A DNA stretch of 64,000 bases from Octopus vulgaris. Lineage: Eukaryota. Shown here piece by piece: positions 26,284 to 40,246 of this stretch. Positions within the stretch are counted from its first letter, which is position 1, and every line of letters starts with the position of its first letter. The notes under the pieces were generated by a model that saw only the letters and a program-made list of their open reading frames with translations, did no database searches and was not told where the DNA came from. Location: the NCBI GenBank assembly GCA_951406725.2, contig OX597818.1, forward strand, positions 80,042,001 to 80,106,000, written 5' to 3'. A program made the position numbers and the translations under genes.

Positions 26284-27788
26284 CTGTAGAAAAACATGTA
26301 ATTTACGCACTTTTTTTTCGCAAAAACAAAAATAAACTTTAGTGGGTGCGTAAATTACATGAGTAGATTGTTTCCAGAATTTTTTTAGAAATTCTTTTTG
26401 TTGAAAAATGACGTACGGGAAGTTAACTCATTTAATGTCAGAATAGGTTTTTACAGAAAAATATAATGAAGTTGACTTTTATTTATTTATTTTTCTGTAT
26501 AAATTTACTAAAACCATTAAATGGTTAAATACTTTTTGAAGTTTGACGTTCATGCTGGTGATCACGGTCCGGGCCATACTTTACATTTCTTTGAGTTTCT
26601 ACCTATCGCGATGGAGCCCAGCAATTTCCTTAAATAGATCAGTTTTTCTCCGCTTAAGAAGTCTAGCTTGCGTTTGCCTCCAGGAAGATATTGCTTGCTT
26701 TCTCCGCGTTAGTACAATGAAATTCATCACCGCAATATCGCCGCTACTAGCTCTTGCTGCACCTAACGTCGACATCATCATAATTCATCCTTGCGCATGT
26801 AAACACATTAAGTGAATATGACTTAGCATTCCTACAGAAACCTTCATTTACCTTAAACGATGTTTAATGTCGTTTCACATCCTCTATGAAGAGAACACAT
26901 TCGTGTTTTCTTCATAGAACACTTCTAACGTTTTGCTAGAATAGATTTTTGCTATTCTTGTTTATATCTCCTCACAGACGTGTATATTCTTGCAATTCGC
27001 TTCTTAAATTTCAATATACCCTGAGTTAAAGACTTGCAAAGCTGTTTATTTTCTCCTTTCGACTTTTAATGTTTCTTTTAGCGGGTTACCAAACTATCAG
27101 TTTGGTCTCCCGGCTAAAACGGTAATGACAAATTTTTAAGTTTGCTTGACATTTTATAAGTGTGAAAGGGATTAAAATTTCGATACTCCGTATCAAAGGT
27201 TCCGTTAAGATTAGGTAGAAAATCAAATCTTGAGACTAGAAGACAGTTTCGACCAATCAGAATTCTGCTTACATAATCAGTTAGATTGGTCACCTTCCTC
27301 TGTCGGTTGAGTAAAGTGCCATCCAAGCTGATGTTTATTGGTAATTAAACTTATTTTGCAATACTTATGCATATTTATCAGCTTTGTTTTTGTTGGTGAT
27401 TCTTATCAACAACTTTTCCTGTAATCGTGATTTGAGAAGGCATACAGAAATATGCTAAAGATCGGACATATTTCTTGTGGGCAAGAAATATAAAATAAAG
27501 TTTATTATAAGCAACACAAGCACTTCGTAGTTTAATAGCTTTCAATGTGATACTTGTTAAACAGAAATTATTTTTATATAATGAAAATTTAATAAAATCT
27601 AATCATAAGTAAGTGAAATTATGCTAAATACAACTAAATTGAAAACCTTTTTTCCCCTGGCCATATCGGCAGTTCTGGAAACTTTTGAGTGCGAATTTTA
27701 CACGAGTAGAAGCTTTTTTTCACAATTTTTATCCTGAAAATCACCTGCATAAATTACACAGGTGCGCAAATTACATGGGTTTTTACGG
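26284..27788 (-). mobile_element. pogo/Tc2-like DNA transposon, non-autonomous
   Basis: TA-flanked TIRs CTGTAGAAAAACATGTAATTTACGCAC / GTGCGCAAATTACATGGGTTTTTACGG; decayed coding-like interior on -. Confidence 0.7.
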
Positions 27789-28096
27789 TATGTAATGCCC
27801 ATTATTTATACCTTGTCTTGTATACACTCTGTGTAAAAGACCAGTATAACTCGAAAGCAACAATGGATTTACAATATAGAATGGTGATGAGCTATAACCT
27901 CGAACCCTGCCACAAGTAGACTCAGAATTCTTTACTAATCTAAAAATATTGTTAACCTGGTGTATTAACAGAGACCAGATATATATATATATTTTTAATC
28001 CAAACATAAAAACACAAAGAGAAAACACAACAACGCGAGGACGTGGAACAAGTATAGTGTTATTGGACGCTCAGGAAAGGAAAGAAAGAAGGAGGA

Positions 28097-28130
28097 TTTA
28101 ACGTTTCGAGCGGAGTTCTTCGTCAGAAAC
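28097..28130 (-). ncRNA. Minimal hammerhead-like motif in a Penelope-like remnant (~27995-28200)
   Basis: Minus: guuu-CUGACGA-agaacuccgcuc-GAAACGUU-aaau; palindromic ACGU helix III. Confidence 0.5.
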
Positions 28131-28882
28131 ATAGAAAAGGGAAAGATCCAAGCAAGGGAAGACGGAGGAAAAAAATCGCCAATGATACACACGCGGTCTG
28201 CTATTATGTTAAATTCTCGTATGTCCAAATTTGGTCAAATGCGTTTTTTCAATATTTATTTTGCTTGCCGGTTCTTTTGGTCAAACTATTGTATCTCCAG
28301 CTGCTTCAGATGCCAAGATATCAAAAATTGTCAAAGTGTAGTACAACGGTTTAGCTATGGAATGGTGAAACTTTCTTTTTCGTTTTCTGAAAAAGCAACG
28401 TTTTGGACTTACGACACTTTTGCATAATAGCAATGATGTGTGTGTGTAACTACACACGTGCTGTTGGCGATTTCTTAATATATTTCTTGCACACTAAAGG
28501 CGGCGAGCTGGCAGAAACGTTAGCGCGCCGGGCGAAATGCTAAGCGGTATTTCGTCTGTCGCAACGTTCTGAGTTCAAATTCCGCCGAGGTCGACTTTGC
28601 CTTTCATCCTTTCGGGGTCGATAAATTAAGTACCAGTTACGCACTGGGGTCGATGTAATCGACTTAATCCGTTTGTCTGTCCTTGTTTGTCCCCTCTATG
28701 TTTAGCCCCTTGTGGGTAATAAAGAAATAAATATATTTGTTGCACACGTCCCTCTTGTTGTCCGTTAAATATATTCGTTTATTTAAATTGATTGTTTATT
28801 TGAATTGACTATACCCAAAACAAACATTAATTACCTCCTCAAAACAAACATTAAATAATGTATTTTTATTTCCATATTACAG

Positions 28883-28962
28883 AAGAGTACCAAGACTTAA
28901 TGGAGGACATTGTAACGGATGGTCAACTCTATAAACCTTATCAACATCAACAGCTTTTTAAA
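28883..28962 (+). CDS. SCUBE: SCUBE penultimate exon
   Basis: ttacag|...|gtaagg; EYQDLMEDIVTDGQLYKPYQHQQLFK, matching the vertebrate DYQELIEDIVRDGRLY motif; phase 1 to 0. Confidence 0.95.
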
Positions 28963-31317
28963 GTAAGGCTCTTTCATTGCAACCAACTTTAATGTACAAT
29001 AGAATCCGTGAGATTACTTTTTGAATGAACCATTTAGATAACAATAATAAAGATAAATGCGCCCTTTTAAAGCCTAGCCAGGCTCATGGCCCCGGTCTCC
29101 CGGTTTCAATGGCGTATGTGTTCCCCGGCTGGACGGGACACCAGTCCATCGCAGCGTTACTCATTTTTGCCAGCTGAGCGGACTGGAGCAACGTGAAATA
29201 AATTGTTTTGCTCAAGAACACAAAGCGTCGCCCGGTCCAGGAATCGCAACCACAATCTCACGATCATGTTGCTGAGACCCTAACCACTAAGCCACGTGCC
29301 TCCACAGATAACAATAACTGGATGGTAATATTAAAGAGAGGATATAAGGAGGCGAGCAGGTAGAATCGTTAGCATGCCAAGCAAAATGCTTAGTGGCATT
29401 TCGTTCATCTTTACGTTCGGAGTTCTTATTCCACCGGGGATGACTTTGCCTTTCCACCTTTCAGGGTCGATAAAATAAGTACCAGTTAATTACTGGTACT
29501 TACTGGAGCATTCAGCTTAACCCCTCCCCTACAATTGCTGGCCTTGTGTCAAAATTTGAAACCCATATTAAGTAGATAACTGTAATTGTTTGAAAACATT
29601 GTTTATGATTATAATAAGCGGCTTCTGGAGTCTTTTTGTTATTCATCGTATTTTCGGTGGTTTTGCGTTGATGTTTGATATCATTTCTGTTATCAGTAAC
29701 TCTACAGGTAATATACTTCATATACATTAGTTAAAGTGTTACGACTTGATAATATTTACGATTTGTTTAAGAAGGATAATTTAGTAGCGACGCCTGCTGG
29801 GTTCGGCTGCTCTGCATTGATAAGAGGCAAATACCTTGAAACTAGCATGCAGGTGCCTGACCAGCAAGAGGAAGCGGCTGACCTCCCTTGATCGAAGGTT
29901 ATACTAGACATAGGTTCGTGTGTCACATAGCTAGCTAGAGGCGATGGCCTCTTGGAGTTAATCAACGGCAGCGTTCGTCCTATATTTCTGGACTGCCATA
30001 TTAGCTTGACGATAACTATTAATATCCAGTACCGCTGCCGTAATCTCCTTTAGAGAGACTTTGAAATATTAATATTTCAATTTAGTAAAAGTCATGGCAG
30101 TAAGTGCCAAAGAACTGTATCACTATACGCAGATACTCATAAACACACACAAATACATACATACATACATACATACATACATACATACATACATACATAC
30201 ATACATACATACATACATACATACATACATACATAAGAATTTAATAAACTTTCGAGAGTATTCTTTGAAACATTGGTTCTCGAGGCACATCATATAGAGC
30301 TATAAATAATAGCATGCGAAATTGCTTTTAAAAATCCTTTTGGGGTACAAAAAGTGTCGAAGGCTACGCTTTGGACTCGAACCTACATTTCCTGCAGACA
30401 CCACAGCCGCTCTACAATTGAACCAACGCAAACTTTCAATTTTCTTTATCCATAAAGAAGACAATCCGTTCTAGCTTAAGGTGCGGTGATATAAGCGGAT
30501 GTGCATATATATATATATTGGTAAATACACATACATATTCATACGTGCATATGTGTTGCATGCATGTATGCATGTATGTATGTATGTTAAACTTTTTGAA
30601 GGAATAGGTTAAACAGTGACTTCGAAACATCGACTTGCTTGTCTTGTTGTTTGAATAAGGCGGCGAGCTGGCAGAAACGTTAGCACGCCGGGCGATATGC
30701 ATAGCAGTATTTCGTCTGTCGTTACGTTCTGAGTTCAAATTCCGCCGAGGTCGATTTTGCCTTTCATCTTTTCTGGGTCGATAAATTAAGTACCAGTTAC
30801 GTGCTAGGGTCGATGTAATCGACTTAATCCGTTTGTCTGTTCTTGTTTGTCCCCTCCGTGTGTAGCCTCTTGTGAGCAATAAATAAATAAGTCTGAATAA
30901 GGCGAGCAAATCGAAACTGTCAACCTTTTCCTCGTAAAAGTTTGATAAACTTATACTCTATTAAAAACAAAATAATGTTGTTCATGTCTGCACACGACTA
31001 CCTAGGCACCTAAAGCAGTTAGCAAAATCATGAATCGTGTTACCACGCCATACTCGCCCAAGAATAATAATATGGCTGTAATTTTTTTATCCTCTTGTTA
31101 CTAAAAATATGAATAGGTTTATCAACAGTAACAAAGCGGTTACTACGATTGTATCCTAGTAAATTATCATAGACGCAGTTACGGTTGGAATGCAGTTGAT
31201 CATGGGTTTGCGTGTCGCTTTACACTACTCTTCTAAGAAGACAGCCTTAGAAATGAATATTGATTTTACTATATTAATAATTCTTTGATTAATGTTTTTT
31301 TTTTTCTTCTCTTTCAG

Positions 31318-31458
31318 AACCGATATCTACTTTCAATTCTTCTAGATGTCATTGCTCAGCCAATCAAGTTTTATTTCTATGCTAATGTATCAAAAACTCT
31401 AGTACCGGAATCATTTTTTAAACTTCTACAGCCAAAAGTAACGAAATTCTTCGACTAA
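31318..31458 (+). CDS. SCUBE: SCUBE last coding exon with stop
   Basis: tttcag|NRYLLSILLDVIAQPIKFYFYANVSKTLVPESFFKLLQPKVTKFFD*, matching the SCUBE C-terminal motif. Confidence 0.93.
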   Translation, partial: NRYLLSILLDVIAQPIKFYFYANVSKTLVPESFFKLLQPKVTKFFD

Positions 31459-31652
31459 ATGTGTTTTAGTTCATTTTCCTTTTTTTTTTTATCTGTTTAT
31501 ATATATATATATTTTTGTCTTTACCCGTTGCCCACAGCTGTTTGACGTCTAGCGACAACGAGAAGGTTTGATGCTAGCAAATGAGTGAAAATTCCACTGC
31601 TGTGGCAAACAGAAATACTGATTTTTAAACTAAAGACTCAATCACATACATA

Positions 31653-31658
31653 AATAAA
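31653..31658 (+). promoter_or_regulatory. Candidate SCUBE poly(A) signal AATAAA
   Basis: First AATAAA after the stop; ATTAAA follows ~30 nt later. The context is AT-rich, so support is weak. Confidence 0.3.
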
Positions 31659-31865
31659 GACAATATAGGAGGTACTGTTGACACATTAAATACCTTTATT
31701 AATATATTTAGAAAAGTTTTATAGACACGCCATTAATAGGAATATTGATAAAAATGTTTAAGTATACAAGAAACAAGATATAATATAGCCGTTGATTAAA
31801 AGAGGGTGAATACATACATGTGTGTATATATATATGTGTGTGTATGTATATATATGTACGTATAT

Positions 31866-31922
<57 letters not shown>

Positions 31923-32008
31923 TATATATATATACCGGAGTAAACACATAAATGTGAAACAAGGTGGAAAAAAGAGTACTCAAATACCAGAGGTAGAGTA
32001 ATATGCTT

Positions 32009-32065
32009 TATTTAAAAGCAGCAGAAATTTAACAGCTTTTGTTAAATTTCTGCTGCTTTTAAATA
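32009..32065. repeat. Perfect 26-bp-arm hairpin
   Basis: TATTTAAAAGCAGCAGAAATTTAACA-gcttt-TGTTAAATTTCTGCTGCTTTTAAATA. Confidence 0.9.
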
Positions 32066-32696
32066 CAGTATATATATACAAATACACAACATATACAGGC
32101 ATATATATAAATATGTTATATCTACGTATGTGTACATATGTATATAAGTGTGTATATACATGTGTATATATATATGTGTGTGTGTATATATATGTGTATG
32201 TATGTATGTATGTATGTATGCATGCATGTCTATGAGGTTGTACGTACGTATGCATTTTGCATTGAAAATACGGCTGTGTTCTAGTTTTCTCTTTTCTCCT
32301 TTTTTATGAGTTCCTTGCAGTTGGAAACAATTTCATAAATTCATTATCAACGTTTATAGAACTTCTGTGTCTTATCTTCTATAAAGAGGGAGCAACACAC
32401 GGTAACATTATTTCAGTCTGAAGTGATGTTGGCGTGTGTTTTGTAACATGATGGCAGTCGTGTTTTCAGTACAACTTTTACGTACGTGCATGTGTGTACA
32501 CACTTACACACACACAAACACACATATATATGTTAATGAGAGTGAGTTCGTGTGTTTGCGCGTGTGTGTGTGTACACAAAACTGTACGCATATTTGCATA
32601 CACATCTATATTTATGTTATGTATCTACACATTAATACATATACACAAATACATATGTGTCTATATGAGTGTGTGAATGCATGTAAATATATAAGC

Positions 32697-32727
<31 letters not shown>

Positions 32728-32764
32728 CACTCGCACTCACATATATGTATATATACAAATACAT

Positions 32765-32795
<31 letters not shown>

Positions 32796-33312
32796 TACGT
32801 ACACGCTATATATATATATATAGGGTGGGGGGAAATGTTTGTGTCTGTGAATATGGTTTAATTACGACAATCGTTTTTCTTTATACAATCCTGTTAACTA
32901 ATCAATTAGATCATTGGTTCTCAATCTTCGTGACTTCGTGGTTTTCTGAGAATAACAAGACAAAAATCAATCAACGGTGCAGTTCGATACGGCAAGTTTT
33001 TTTTTTAAATAAAAACAACTTTTAAAATTGAAAAAAAAATGTATAAAAAACAGAAAAACTATCGCTTATCTTATTTTATTAAATTATTAATTATATTTGT
33101 GCATAACAAAATTATAAATAATACGTTTTGAATTTGCTAAAACTTAAATTATATTCGTAAAAACCCATGCTGCATCAAGATACGAGAACCACTGCACAAG
33201 ATAGCCGTTAGAAAATCTATAAAGGGAGGTAACTCTAATCTCTCTAGTTAAGTACCTGTTGTATGTGAATCTTCATGATATATATGTGTGTGTGTTGTGT
33301 GTGTGTGTATAC

Positions 33313-33372
<60 letters not shown>

Positions 33373-33385
33373 CATATACATATAC

Positions 33386-33439
<54 letters not shown>

Positions 33440-33478
33440 ATATATACGTATGCATATACATATATATATATACACACG

Positions 33479-33513
<35 letters not shown>

Positions 33514-33533
33514 TCTGTGTGTGTCTGCGTGTG

Positions 33534-33575
<42 letters not shown>

Positions 33576-34013
33576 GTGAAATAAATCATTTAAAATATAG
33601 ACTTATAATCCTGATTAAAATACCTAAAGAACTAATAACAATAATATTGAACTGACCGAATTTATCCTTTTTTTTCGTTCTTTTTTTTCTGACAAGTTAT
33701 TAAAACCTTCAACTTAGCATTGTTTATGTAATACATTTATAGCTTAGCTTTATGTTTTAGTTATAAGTAATAACAAAAATAGAATAGAACACACGCACAG
33801 ACACACACACACACACACACACATGCATACTTAAATGCATGCATACATACATACATACTCACATACATACATACATACATACATACATACATACATACAT
33901 ACATACATACATACATACATAGACTTGGAGACACTCGCCGATACTTACACGCACACAAACATACATTCTTATGGATATATATATATACAGAGTATTTGTA
34001 TGTTTGTGTGTAT

Positions 34014-34071
<58 letters not shown>

Positions 34072-34137
34072 GCAAGTATACATATATACAGATATACAAA
34101 CACTTTCACATATACATACATACATACATACATACAT

Positions 34138-34170
<33 letters not shown>

Positions 34171-34356
34171 TACATACATACAAACGCACACGTACTACGC
34201 ATGCACGCATACCACAAGCACAACAGACACACCTTTGGCCCAAACACCTGAAGAACAGAAGAAAGTCTCAAAGAAAATGTATTTTGCAGCCAGACATAAT
34301 CACACCATATCAATAAACCTACAAGACAGTTTTTGTTTCGTTACGAATTATCAGTG

Positions 34357-34716
34357 ATCTCTCTCTCTCTCCCCCTCTCTCTCCCTCTCTCTCTCCCTCT
34401 CTCTCACGCTTTCTCTCTCTCTCGCTCGCTCGCTCGCTTTCTCTCTCTCTCTTTCTCTCGCTCGCTCGCTTTCTCTCTCTCTTCCTATCTCTCTTTCTCT
34501 CTTCCTATCTCTCTTTCTCTCTTTCCCCCCTCTCTCGCTCGCTTTCTCTCTCTCTCTCTCTCTTTCTATTTCTCTTTCTCCCCCTCTCTTTCTTTCTCTC
34601 GCTCCCTCGCTCGCTTTCTCTCTCTCATTCCCTCGCTCGCTCGCTTTCTCTCTCTCTCTTTCTCTCGCTCGCTCTCTGTCTCTCTCTTCCTATCTCTTTT
34701 TCCCTCTCTCTATATC

Positions 34717-34777
<61 letters not shown>
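34357..34777. repeat. (CT)/(CTCG)-rich polypyrimidine tract
   Basis: Direct inspection. Confidence 0.9.
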
Positions 34778-34778
<1 letters not shown>

Positions 34779-35761
34779 GCTTGAACTTGAACTTGAGTTT
34801 GAGGTCTTAGAGTCACTACGATTGCTATATTTGCTTATGATAGTGAACTAATGAGCAACATACATATTTTGTTTTTCAAATTTTAATTGGAAGATTAACA
34901 TAATTTAAGGCAAACTAGAACAGGGGAATAAAGCAAATATATTACGAGTAAGAAGTGAGATGGGGAAGAAAGTAATAGACCAAAATAGTAAGTTGGTGTT
35001 GGCAAGCATGGCGGCGTAAGATGGTGGTTTACGAGAGAACGACAATGAATATATGATAGAGGAAAGAAGAAAATGTTGTAGAGGGAGGGGTGGAAGGAGG
35101 ATGAGCAGAGAGAGAGAGAGAGAAGGAGAGAGAGCGAACGAAAGAGAAGAAAGACTACATCATGTTTCCTTATGAGCAATATCGGGAGAACAGGAGGCAA
35201 AATACATTGTAGTATTCAATTACTGTCTCCTTATATTGTGAGTTTGAATCCCGATGAGGTTGACTTTCATTTTTAATCTTTACATGGTCAATAAAATTAA
35301 CGTGCCAGTTAAGTAGTGGAGTTGAGTTTAAAAGATTAACTTCTTTTCTCACATTTGAGGACTTGCGCCTATTTAAGAAATTGTTATTATGATTATTAAT
35401 GTTATTCAAGGCGGCGAGTTGGCAGGAATCGTTAGCGCACCGGGCAAAATGCTTAGCGGTATTTCGTCCGTCTTTACGTTCTGAGTTCAAATTCCGCCGA
35501 GGTCGACTTTGCCTTTCATCCTTTCGGGGTCGATAAATTAAGTACCAGTTACGCACTGGGGTCGATGTAATCGACTTAATCCATTTGTCTGTCCTTGTTT
35601 GTCCTCTCTGTGTTTAGCCCCTTGTGGGTAGTAAAGAAATAGGTATTTCGTCCGTCCTTACGCTCTGAGTTCAAATTCCGCCGGGGTCGACTTTACTTTT
35701 CGTCGATGAAATCGGCTACCCTCTTCCCCAAATTTCAGGTCTTGTGCCTATAGTAGAAAAG

Positions 35762-35829
<68 letters not shown>

Positions 35830-36197
35830 AGGTGATGAGGTGGCAGAATCGTTAGCCAAATTCCACCGATATCGACTTTGCCTTTCGTCCTTTCGGGGTC
35901 GATAGAATAAATACCAGTTGAGCACTGGGATCAATTGTCTAGCTCCCTCCCTCAAAATTTCAAGACTTGTGTCTATAGTAGAAAGGATTTAATATTATCA
36001 TTGTTGCTGCTATTGTTATTGCATTGCAGCCCCTCCACCTACTACTACACAAGACACTCTAAAACTGGGGTTCCATGTAAAACAATAAAAAAAATCTCCC
36101 GAGAGTTCGAATTTTTATATCGACAATATCAAGTATTGCAATATCAATACTGAACGTTTTTCACAACAGTCACCAAGGATTACTACTACAACTGCTG

Positions 36198-36231
<34 letters not shown>

Positions 36232-37478
36232 ATGTACTGCTAGTTTTATTACTACTTCTTATAACACTTATTAATGTAATAAACGACAAGGTGGCGAGCT
36301 GGCAAAACAGCATGCCGGTCAAAATGCTTAGCGACATTATATCCGTTTTTATGTTCTGAGTTCAAATTCTGTCGAGGTCGACTTTGCCTTTCATCCTTTC
36401 TGGGTCGATAAAATAAGTACCTGTTGTGTACTGGGGTCGATGTAATCGACTTACCCCCTCCTCCGACCTTGCTGGCCTTAAGCCACAATTTGAAATCAAC
36501 ACTTCAGATGTTTCATCTTCTGTATAAGTCAGGCATTTTTTTTTGTCATTATTGTATTTGACTCCTTTATTATGTGACTGAAAAGCTTATGTTCTGTGCT
36601 AGCCCTTAACTCAACAGCCTCAAACGGACACAAATATAACATCCTCTTACTTGTGTAACTATTCAAAGTGTATCGTGTTTGCTACTGCAGCTATCGGGAA
36701 AAAAAGTTAAAGAAAATAACAATCAGATTTTATAACTTGTGTATCGTTATAGTCAATCTCCATTCGCTGTCATTCGTTCTACCCTTTCATTGTTTCTATT
36801 AACAAACAACTGCAATCAAAAAACAAACCATGTCAGTCACTCTTACAACCACAATCACGGTCATGAGTCTGGGTTATTTGTACTTACGTAACTTTTGCAA
36901 CTCAGCGTGAATAACACGTTCTGTGTTAACCACTAATTAACTAAGATTTATCTATTTCAACATTCATGTGTTCTTATTACTGCTTTTATGTTTGTTTCTT
37001 TTTAATAACTCAATTGTCATAAATTCTATGTCACTTTGATTAATGTAATATAACCCAGACCACACGTTCTTTACTATTCTTCTTGTCATTTGTGCTATAC
37101 GTCCATAAATAAATGCAATACCTCAATCACTGCTTCTAATATATGCCACCACACGGAGAGTATGTAACAGCTGTGTCATACTATTGCCTCAATAAACTCT
37201 CTAATATAACAGCTGAACCAACACAGCTAATGTAAAACATCCTACGTTCACAAAACATAAGAACAATGTCACATTGAGAATACATTTCCTGTCATTGGTT
37301 ATAACACCTGTATTACCATTTCAAGTGTACAAGCTACAGGAATCATAAAATTTGCTCCATACAACTACCACTACTACCAGGTGACCTTATTGTCTCGCGT
37401 CTTTGGATTCATAGGACCAGTTAACCGGTTTCCATGGCGTATACGTGACCGCGATCACAACATATCCCTGAACGGGAC

Positions 37479-38158
37479 GCGAAATTTTTTTCCCACGAGA
37501 GTTCCGGACCCCAGTAATGAACTTATTTGCATACAGCCAATCAGAGCTCACCTCGAAAATCCGCATACTGTGTACTACTGCAGTACAGCCAGTCAGGCAT
37601 AGAATGGTGTATGCCACTCTGTGAGTACAGCATAGCAGGTTTCACATAAGCACCACATCCTCACTACCATCCTTATAGATCAATTGAGCACCATCTCTAT
37701 ATGTAACTAACATTAGGTACCTATGCTCAGACTGAGATTAGTGATACTGCATGTACCCATTGATATATATGCAAGGAAGGTGCAGTACGACACAACGCCA
37801 TATTGATTACAATGTTTCCAGATCAACACCAACATTTTAAATTAGGAATGTACAAAATCAGTCAAAAAATTAGTAAACTACACACATTTACATTTTCTAG
37901 TAAATTACGCAAATTGGCAAAACTTATGGCATCATCTGTGAGAAGCTCTCCATTCACTTTATACACAGAATTTCCTATTTGTCATCCCTATTAATCCATT
38001 TAAAACAGATTTTGCTATAGCACACATTTTCCATTGAACTCAACCAGAGTACTTTCGTGACTTGGTGGATACTAGTTTGATAGTTGAGCCCTGATGAGCT
38101 GTATGCAAATGAGTTCATAGCTGGGGGTCCGGATCTCTCGTAGGAAAAAAAATTTGCC
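37479..38158. mobile_element. Unclassified TIR element (~75-bp TIRs) nested in a SINE
   Basis: GCGAAATTTTTTTCCCACGAGAGTTCCGGACCCC...ATTTGCATACAGCCAATCAGAGCTCA is mirrored at 38085-38158; GGAC flanks both ends. Confidence 0.7.
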
Positions 38159-38565
38159 GGACACCAATCCGTCGCAGGAGTATATCGGAGAAAGTGAAAT
38201 AAAGTGCTTTGCTCTAAAACACAACGCACCACCCAGTCCGGGAACTGAATCCAAGACCTCGCGATCGTGTGGAAAAACCCTAACCACTAGGCCACGCGTC
38301 TTCAATTAACCACACCTACAACAATCATTACAAGTATAACATACAAGTGTCACCATTTTGTCTACAGGTCATAGATTTAAAATTTGTCTTGCAGATTCTA
38401 CACTTACAAAACACCTACTTATAACGACTGCTACCACAATCACAATCTTACTCAGAAAACATTAATCTGTCGTGTCATCTTGGCTATTATGACAACTATA
38501 AATATATAAATATGTGTATTTGCGAGTGAGTGTGTGGTAGTGGTAGTTGTTACCAATTAATACTA

Positions 38566-38829
38566 TTGGGTTGTCAGATAAATTTGTTCGTTTTTTTGTG
38601 GGGGGTGGTTTTGTTTCGATTTGGCACTCGTTCGTCATGAGTGAAAAAAGCTAAAGAAGAAAATTTATTCAAATTTCAAAAACAATAAACAAAAGTTGTA
38701 GAGGAAGAATAGAGCTACAAAAAGCATAAAACATTACGGAAAAAATATTTTTCGTATAAATTCAAATAACATTGGAAATGATTGTTGGTTGGAGGGGGGG
38801 GGCACGAACGAATTTATCTGACAAGCCAA
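38566..38829. mobile_element. Mariner-type MITE
   Basis: TA-flanked TIRs TTGGGTTGTCAGATAAATTTGTTCG / CGAACGAATTTATCTGACAAGCCAA, related to the TIRs at 248-813. Confidence 0.8.
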
Positions 38830-39367
38830 TAGTATAACATCCACGAAATTCTGATACTACTAACTACTATAACAACAACAACAACAACACTGTACCAAAC
38901 AGAAGTACTATTTACTGCTAATATACTGCAACCGCTACTGTTCTTTCTACTGCTGAAGTAATGCACACAGGCTTACTGGATATTCAACCACTTTTGCACA
39001 CAACTGCTGCAAAGCTACTTCAATCTCTCCAAGAACTGTTCAACAAGAACTGTACCATTGATAACGCTTACTCTTCGATTACAACCAATAATACTGTTAT
39101 TAAATGTTCATTGCTTTTAATATGCCATTTTATCAAGTCGTCTTTATTGTTAGCACCGATGTTGATGCTGTTTTTGTTGTTACCATTTTTCTTGTAATAA
39201 TTACAAATCTCACCATACCCTTCTCAGCTATTATTCATTTTTTTTTTATCTTGTCATTTCTTTAAATTAATTTTTTTTAATTGATTTTCGTTTAAAATTT
39301 TGTTTTATGAACGCTTGATTTGAAACTAAAAGGGAAAGTAAAAAAAAAAGAAAAAGTACTTCTAATA

Positions 39368-39443
<76 letters not shown>

Positions 39444-39741
39444 GCTAAGTTTATTTTCTCATAGACATTGTAGCTTGCTATACAAATTGACAAAGAAAAA
39501 TTATTTTAATGATAATAATAATTATTATATTATTATTATTAACCAAATAAAATACGAAAAATAATTATTAAAAAAATGTATATTTTGCCAACTTTCAGCT
39601 GATTCCAAGTTAATGTTCCAAAATATTCAGCACAGCCCCATAATTCCTGTGAAGTCTGGCGTTTTGTACATGCTATACATACAAGTGTGTATGTGTGTGC
39701 GCGCGTGTCTGCATAAATATAATCATAAGTAGATATATACG

Positions 39742-39794
<53 letters not shown>

Positions 39795-40117
39795 TGCATT
39801 TAATTAATTTAGTTGCAGTGCATATTCATCCAAGGTAGACGTTCCTAAGCAGCTTTATTCAAGGGTTTTTACCCATTCCGATGAGTGAAGCGAACGTTTT
39901 GAAGATGTATGGTTCTCCATTCTTCTCTATTATGTTTCGATTTTATGAAATCCAATGAATCGAACTCAGAATTTACCTATCGAGTGAAGTACCGTTTAAT
40001 TTCTTATCTTAAACAATTCTTCATGTTCCCTATCATTTTATGTGGTTAGCCACATCTGGATTACATCAGAGTGCTAATAAGGTATCTGGTCGGAATCCAA
40101 ATCCCTATTCTTTCACA

Positions 40118-40176
<59 letters not shown>

Positions 40177-40185
40177 TATACATAA

Positions 40186-40246
<61 letters not shown>

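Noticed and set aside
29737-30045. Possible short solo LTR starting TGTTACG
   Set aside because: No CA end or TSD found.
38088-38126. CUGAUGA followed by a hairpin
   Set aside because: No GAAA follows the stem; it is part of a DNA-transposon TIR.
39872-39902. CCGAUGA-gugaagc-GAACGUU degenerate minimal hammerhead
   Set aside because: Two core defects and no clear helix I; it cannot be supported.
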